Below, in pieces: positions 59,183-64,000 of a stretch of 64,000 nt of DNA (positions are counted from its first letter, which is position 1; every line of letters starts with the position of its first letter). The stretch lies in assembly GCA_009914755.4 (NCBI GenBank), contig CP068257.2, positions 17,664,001-17,728,000 of the forward strand. Reading direction: 5' to 3'. The notes beneath the pieces are model-generated. The model was not told the origin of the DNA. It saw only the letters and a program-made list of their open reading frames with translations, and did no database searches. Both the position numbers and the translations under genes were made by a program. This stretch comes from the human T2T-CHM13v2.0 reference genome, Homo sapiens.

Positions 59183-59825
59183 TTTTTTCTTTTTTTTTTT
59201 TAATTTTTCTTTTAAGTTTAGCAGTACATTCGTTTGTTTGGTTTGTTACATAGGTAAACTTCTGTCAGGGGTTCACAGTACAGATTATTTTGCGTCCCAG
59301 GTATTAAACCTAGTACCCATTTGTTATTTTTCCTGATCCTCTCCCTCCTTCCACCCTCCACCCTCTGGGAGGCCTCAGTGTGTGTTGTTCCCCTCTATGT
59401 GTCCATGTGTTCTCATCACTTAGCTCTCACTTATAAGTGAAAACATCCAGTATTTGGTTTTCTGTTCCTGTGGTAGTTTGCTGAGGAGAATGGCCTCCAG
59501 CTCCATCCATATGCCTGCCAAGGATTTCTTTCTTTTTTATGTCTGCATAGCATTCTACGTTCTATATGTACCATATTTTCTTTATCCAGTCTAGCACTGA
59601 TGGGAATTTATGTTGGTTCCATGTCTTTGTTATTGTGAATAATGATGCAATGAACATTTGCATGCATATGTCTTTATAATAGAATGATTTATGTTACTTT
59701 GGGTATATACCTAGCAATGGGTTTGCTGAGTTGAATGATATTTCTGTCTTTAAGTCTCTGAGGAATGATTACACTGTCTTCCACAATGGTTGAATGAATT
59801 TACATTCCTACCAACAGTGTGTAAG
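59183..59825 (-). mobile_element. L1 3' end (ORF2 C-terminus plus 3' UTR plus poly-A), antisense, 5'-truncated insertion of about 640 bp
   Basis: The + strand shows a poly-T run (the reverse complement of a poly-A tail), then ...tttaagtttagcag...ggtttgttacataggtaaact...ccatgtgttctcatcacttagctctcacttataagtgaaaacatccagtatttggttttctgttcctgtggtagtttgctgaggagaatggcctccagctccatccat...tttctttatccagtctagcactgatgggaatttatgttggttccatgtctttgttattgtgaataatgatgcaatgaacatttgcatgcatatgtctttataatagaatgatttatgttactttgggtatatacctagcaatggg...cttccacaatggttgaatgaatttacattcctaccaacagtgtgtaag. This is the reverse complement of the L1 sense sequence encoding ...CWWDCKLVQPLWKTVWRFLKDLE..IPFDPAIPLLGIYPKDYKS...IDWIKKMWHIYTMEYYAAIK...SLIGGN plus the 3' UTR. 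Confidence 0.85.
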
Positions 59826-60924
59826 TATTCTTATTATTGATATTAAGTAAATTAGCTCTTTCATCATTCTATGTATTAAAATGTTTGCTAATTTGCTATT
59901 TAAATGTATAATATTTTAATAAGCATTTTATAACACTAAGTTAAAACTTGTGACTAAAATCTATAGAACAGTTCCTACTATAATGAAGGAAAAATAACTC
60001 AGCAGAATACCATTTTTACTTTACATTCTGTATTTTAGCTTCAAAAAGAATTCATTTAAGTTCATGAACTTGCTGAACATTTCATGTATTAGAATCTTCT
60101 ATCACTGATATTTTGAACTTTAGAACATTAGATACATTTTCCCCATGAAAATGTTTTGTAATATTTATAGTTCTCATTAAATTATTGTACTATACTTTAT
60201 AGAAATGGAATCTGAAAATGTTGGCAGCCATCCATGAGGCACTTTAACATATAATCTACTCAAGTTTTTTCTTCAATCATTTTTATCATTAGGCTATTTA
60301 TAATGAGTAACATATAGTTCCATAACCTAACTGTATAAGCTATCATTGAACCAAGTTTAGTTGATGCTAATAACTTCCCATGATTCATAATGCAACAAAT
60401 ATATTTGAGTAAGAATTTTTAAGGTCACAGTTATCTTGGCTCCTAGAAAATTTTTTTTTCATTTTCCAATAAATGGAAATGTCGCATTATTCCTCTTCTA
60501 AACTACTTAAATAACTTCCATTGTTTCTGATTTACATATTTATGAATCAATCCCTATTACATGAAAAACAAACAAAAAACAGTATGGCAATAAGTAATCT
60601 ATTATTTAATCCTAATTTAGCCATCTGAATTGTGTAGTAATTTTTATTGTCTTCAACAGATTTGTTTCTGAAGATGCATTGGAAAACTACTGTTTACTTC
60701 TGGAAAAATAGAACTAAAGAATTTTTAAAGTAAATAATTTTCTAACCAGTGTTTGTAACACTTGCACCAAGCCTATCATAAGCGCACAACTATTTATCTA
60801 GTAATAAATGAATGGGTACTCACATCAAGTGACTTCTTTATTACAAGACCTTTTATGAACCCTCTTCAAAGAGAAGATCCTCTACCTTTTGAAAAAATGC
60901 ATTCAAAAGTTAGAATACAGAAGG

Positions 60925-60990
60925 TAGATAGATTAGATAGATGATAGATAGATAGATAGATGATAGATAGATAGATACACAGATATAGAT
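60925..60990. repeat. (GATA)n tetranucleotide microsatellite, interrupted
   Basis: Direct reading: tagatagattagatagatgatagatagatagatagatgatagatagatagatacacagatatagat. Confidence 0.95.
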
Positions 60991-61519
60991 TAATATTTCC
61001 ATTCGTGGTCCACAAAGGGAAAACTCATGAGGAACAAAGCCTAAAATATTACAACCCACCAAGCAGAGAATCACTGTGGTCCAATTCTAATCATCCTGAT
61101 AAACAGGGTCCTAGATCTGTTTCTAGGTGGCTGGGACAATTGTACTCGCCTATGTTTGAATTTGGAAATAAGCTGATTCCTTACAATTTTAGGTAAAAAC
61201 AGTTACTACAAAATCTAAAATTGGATCTTTGTCTCTTGTTAATTCAAGGCTGAAAATGAACTGAGTGTATGATTCAGAGCCCAGAGCTTAGCTGCTAACA
61301 CAAAACCAGCTTAAGAGCTGTGAACAATGAAAAACCAAGTCATGGAAAATGTTTGTGTCATCTCACTGGCAAACCTTCGGGAAGAGAATCCTAGCAGAAA
61401 GTGAACTGTTACATTAAAACATTCAAAACATGTAAGGAAGGTAACCATCATGAAAGCAGAGACAAATTAAACGAAATAGAAGGAGAACAAATCACATTCG
61501 ATTATCTTAACAAAAATTA

Positions 61520-61786
<267 letters not shown>

Positions 61787-63346
61787 CTATGTCTTCTAGA
61801 CATCAAGCCATTAAATTGTAGGATAATTTATTATACAGCAATAGATAACTTATCCGCCAAGAGTCTCACCCTTGTTTTAAATTCAAGATTCTAGTCTTCA
61901 TTCCTGTCCACTAGTTCAGCTATTTGTTTTGGATATTATTTCTCTTTATACAATCACTACACCTAAAGTAACCTCTAGACATAATATTAGGCCAATGGAA
62001 TTTCTTGGCCTAACTACATACTTTATAGTGGCAAAAAGTATTTTATGAACATTTTAATAGAACCTCCATACGTTTGGAAATAACTATTTGAAATTTTAAT
62101 TATTTCAAAAGCAATCATTTGATGGTAATTATTTCTGAAAAAGCATCTAGTCTCACACAGAAAGACAATTTTCCCATCAACCAGTTTCCATTTATATAAA
62201 TTACAATTTCCTTAATAATAAAATGATTTATCTAAATCATAAAATGAAACACTATCTTGCCAATAGTTGTATCAATGTCTTATTATACTTTGCATATGAA
62301 AGACGTATTCTGTCTTTGTTTCTATTTCTGTTGATATCCACCACAATTAATAGTGTATTTTAATTTAAATTAGGAAATTGTATTAATAGACAGTAGAGTA
62401 ATGCATTATTGACATGCATATATATTATGTTTAAAACTTTTCCTTTGTTATTTACTAAAACTTATGAATTATTTTTAAAATCTCATAAGCAATACTTAGT
62501 AGCATCTGAAACATGTTATTTATATTTTTATGATGCTTATAACTGACTAATATAGACTAAAATATACAAAAATCTCAATGGTGTATCAATTTGGAGGATG
62601 TGTTCTTAATTGTTCCTGTTTTAATGATTATGGATGTGAAGTGACTTACTGAAATTTCCTTATTCAGTCTCTGCTGATAGCAATGGAATGAGTTTGTGAG
62701 CTTGATGCATACTATATTCTGGTAACACAAGAAAGCAAATAGCTTCTTTGTAAGTTAAACTTTTTTTTTTCCTGGCAACACTGGCATGGAAACCTTATCA
62801 AAGAATTAGCTACTCACAGTCTGTAATGATCACCAATTCTCAATGATCTATACTAAATAAATAAGAATATCAGAGAGGAAATGTATATATGAGTTAAGTT
62901 TTTATCCACTTTTAATATATGACAATAAATGCAAATTTGTGAAAGTTTTTAAAGTGCAGTTTTATAAATATTTTAATTATTTTTCAAAATGCCCTTCTCG
63001 ACTACTAGACACCAATAATTCAAGCTGTTTTTCATAAAAGAGGATCAAAAGCACAAATTGCAAATTTATTTTCTTGGAATCTACAGTCTATGAAGATAGA
63101 AATAACTACAAAAAAATACCATAAGGAAAAAAATGTTTGCACAGTCAACTAGCTAAATAAATTATTTACTAAATTCGACAGAAAAATGTTTTGTTTTTAA
63201 TTAATCTAATCCCTTATTGGTAGAAAGTATGTTTTTCATCCTACTACAAGTACTAAAATTGCAGCTAATATTTTATGGAAATAAATTGCTTGGTATTATA
63301 GATATATAAAATATAGGTAGTCTAAAACTATGTTTAGGTTACCTAT

Positions 63347-63375
63347 TTTAGATAGATAGATAGACATATAGATAA
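63347..63375. repeat. Short (GATA)n microsatellite
   Basis: Direct reading: ttagatagatagatagacatatagataatc. Confidence 0.85.
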
Positions 63376-63980
63376 TCATCAAGGTGCCTATACAATTTAT
63401 TATTATGTATGAGAAAATATTATTTAAAAATCTCTATTTTTAAAATTTTTTTTAATTCTAAAATTGTGTGAATGAAATGGCAGTCCCTGTTGAGAACTAC
63501 AGTCTTTCTGGAAAGGCATAACATTTCAAAGGCTAGAAAAAAGTTCTTCCAAGAACTATGTGGCCTTTCAAAGGCTTCTCCATCTCAGTGACAAACTGGT
63601 AACATCCATCTGACACTACTGTCTTTTTGTTCTTCATAAGGCTGGTTACAATTTACTTCAGAAAGACAAGAAGAACTGTTTTTCACAATGGCTGCAGTGA
63701 AAGAGACTTGTGCCTTTTATCTGTCTTTTTTCTAATAAGATAAATGGAGCAGGTGTAGAGGAATTAATGAAGCAACTGCCAAATTGCAAGGGTCATTGGT
63801 GTGTTGAAAGCTATAAATTAGCCAGGTCTTGCGGGAAATTACCCTCTACCTCTATTGAGATTCTGCCATTTCTAAATTCAAGTTCAAGACAAGACAAAAA
63901 GCTGTTTGAAAGTGGAAAAGAAAAATGCCAGTTAACTTTCATTATTTAGGGTAATTCTAAGCAAAAACACACACACCAGA

Positions 63981-64000
63981 ATATATATATATATATATAT
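63981..64000. repeat. (AT)n dinucleotide repeat, truncated by the window end
   Basis: Direct reading: atatatatatatatatatat at the 3' edge of the window. Confidence 0.9.

Overview
This window is repeat-rich, AT-rich primate DNA, almost certainly human. It carries about 19 Alu elements, including an AluYa5-like copy and AluY copies, plus several MaLR (THE1/MST-type) LTRs. It lies in intergenic or deep-intronic 'gene desert' sequence, not in a microbial locus. I found no protein-coding gene, no RNA gene and no prokaryotic-style system (CRISPR, operon, defence island). Every ORF in the supplied six-frame track falls inside an Alu, an L1 or MaLR remnant, or a simple or tandem repeat, so all of them are artefacts. 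The supportable content is as follows. There are about 19 Alu SINEs, several with intact target-site duplications. At least six fragments of ancient L1 ORF1/ORF2 lie sense on the + strand, and one 5'-truncated L1 3' end lies on the - strand. MaLR LTR copies are nested into an L1, and one MaLR LTR carries a nested Alu. There are several microsatellites, including (TG/TA)n, (CA)n and three GATA-type repeats. A roughly 1.3-kb AT-rich minisatellite with a (TATATGTC)-like unit is embedded in an L1. The most noteworthy items are structural: a very young Alu that may be polymorphic, the large minisatellite (a candidate VNTR), a templated-looking 36-bp insertion inside an Alu, and nested transposon 'graveyards'. 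All coordinates were read by eye and are approximate (about ±5 to 15 bp).
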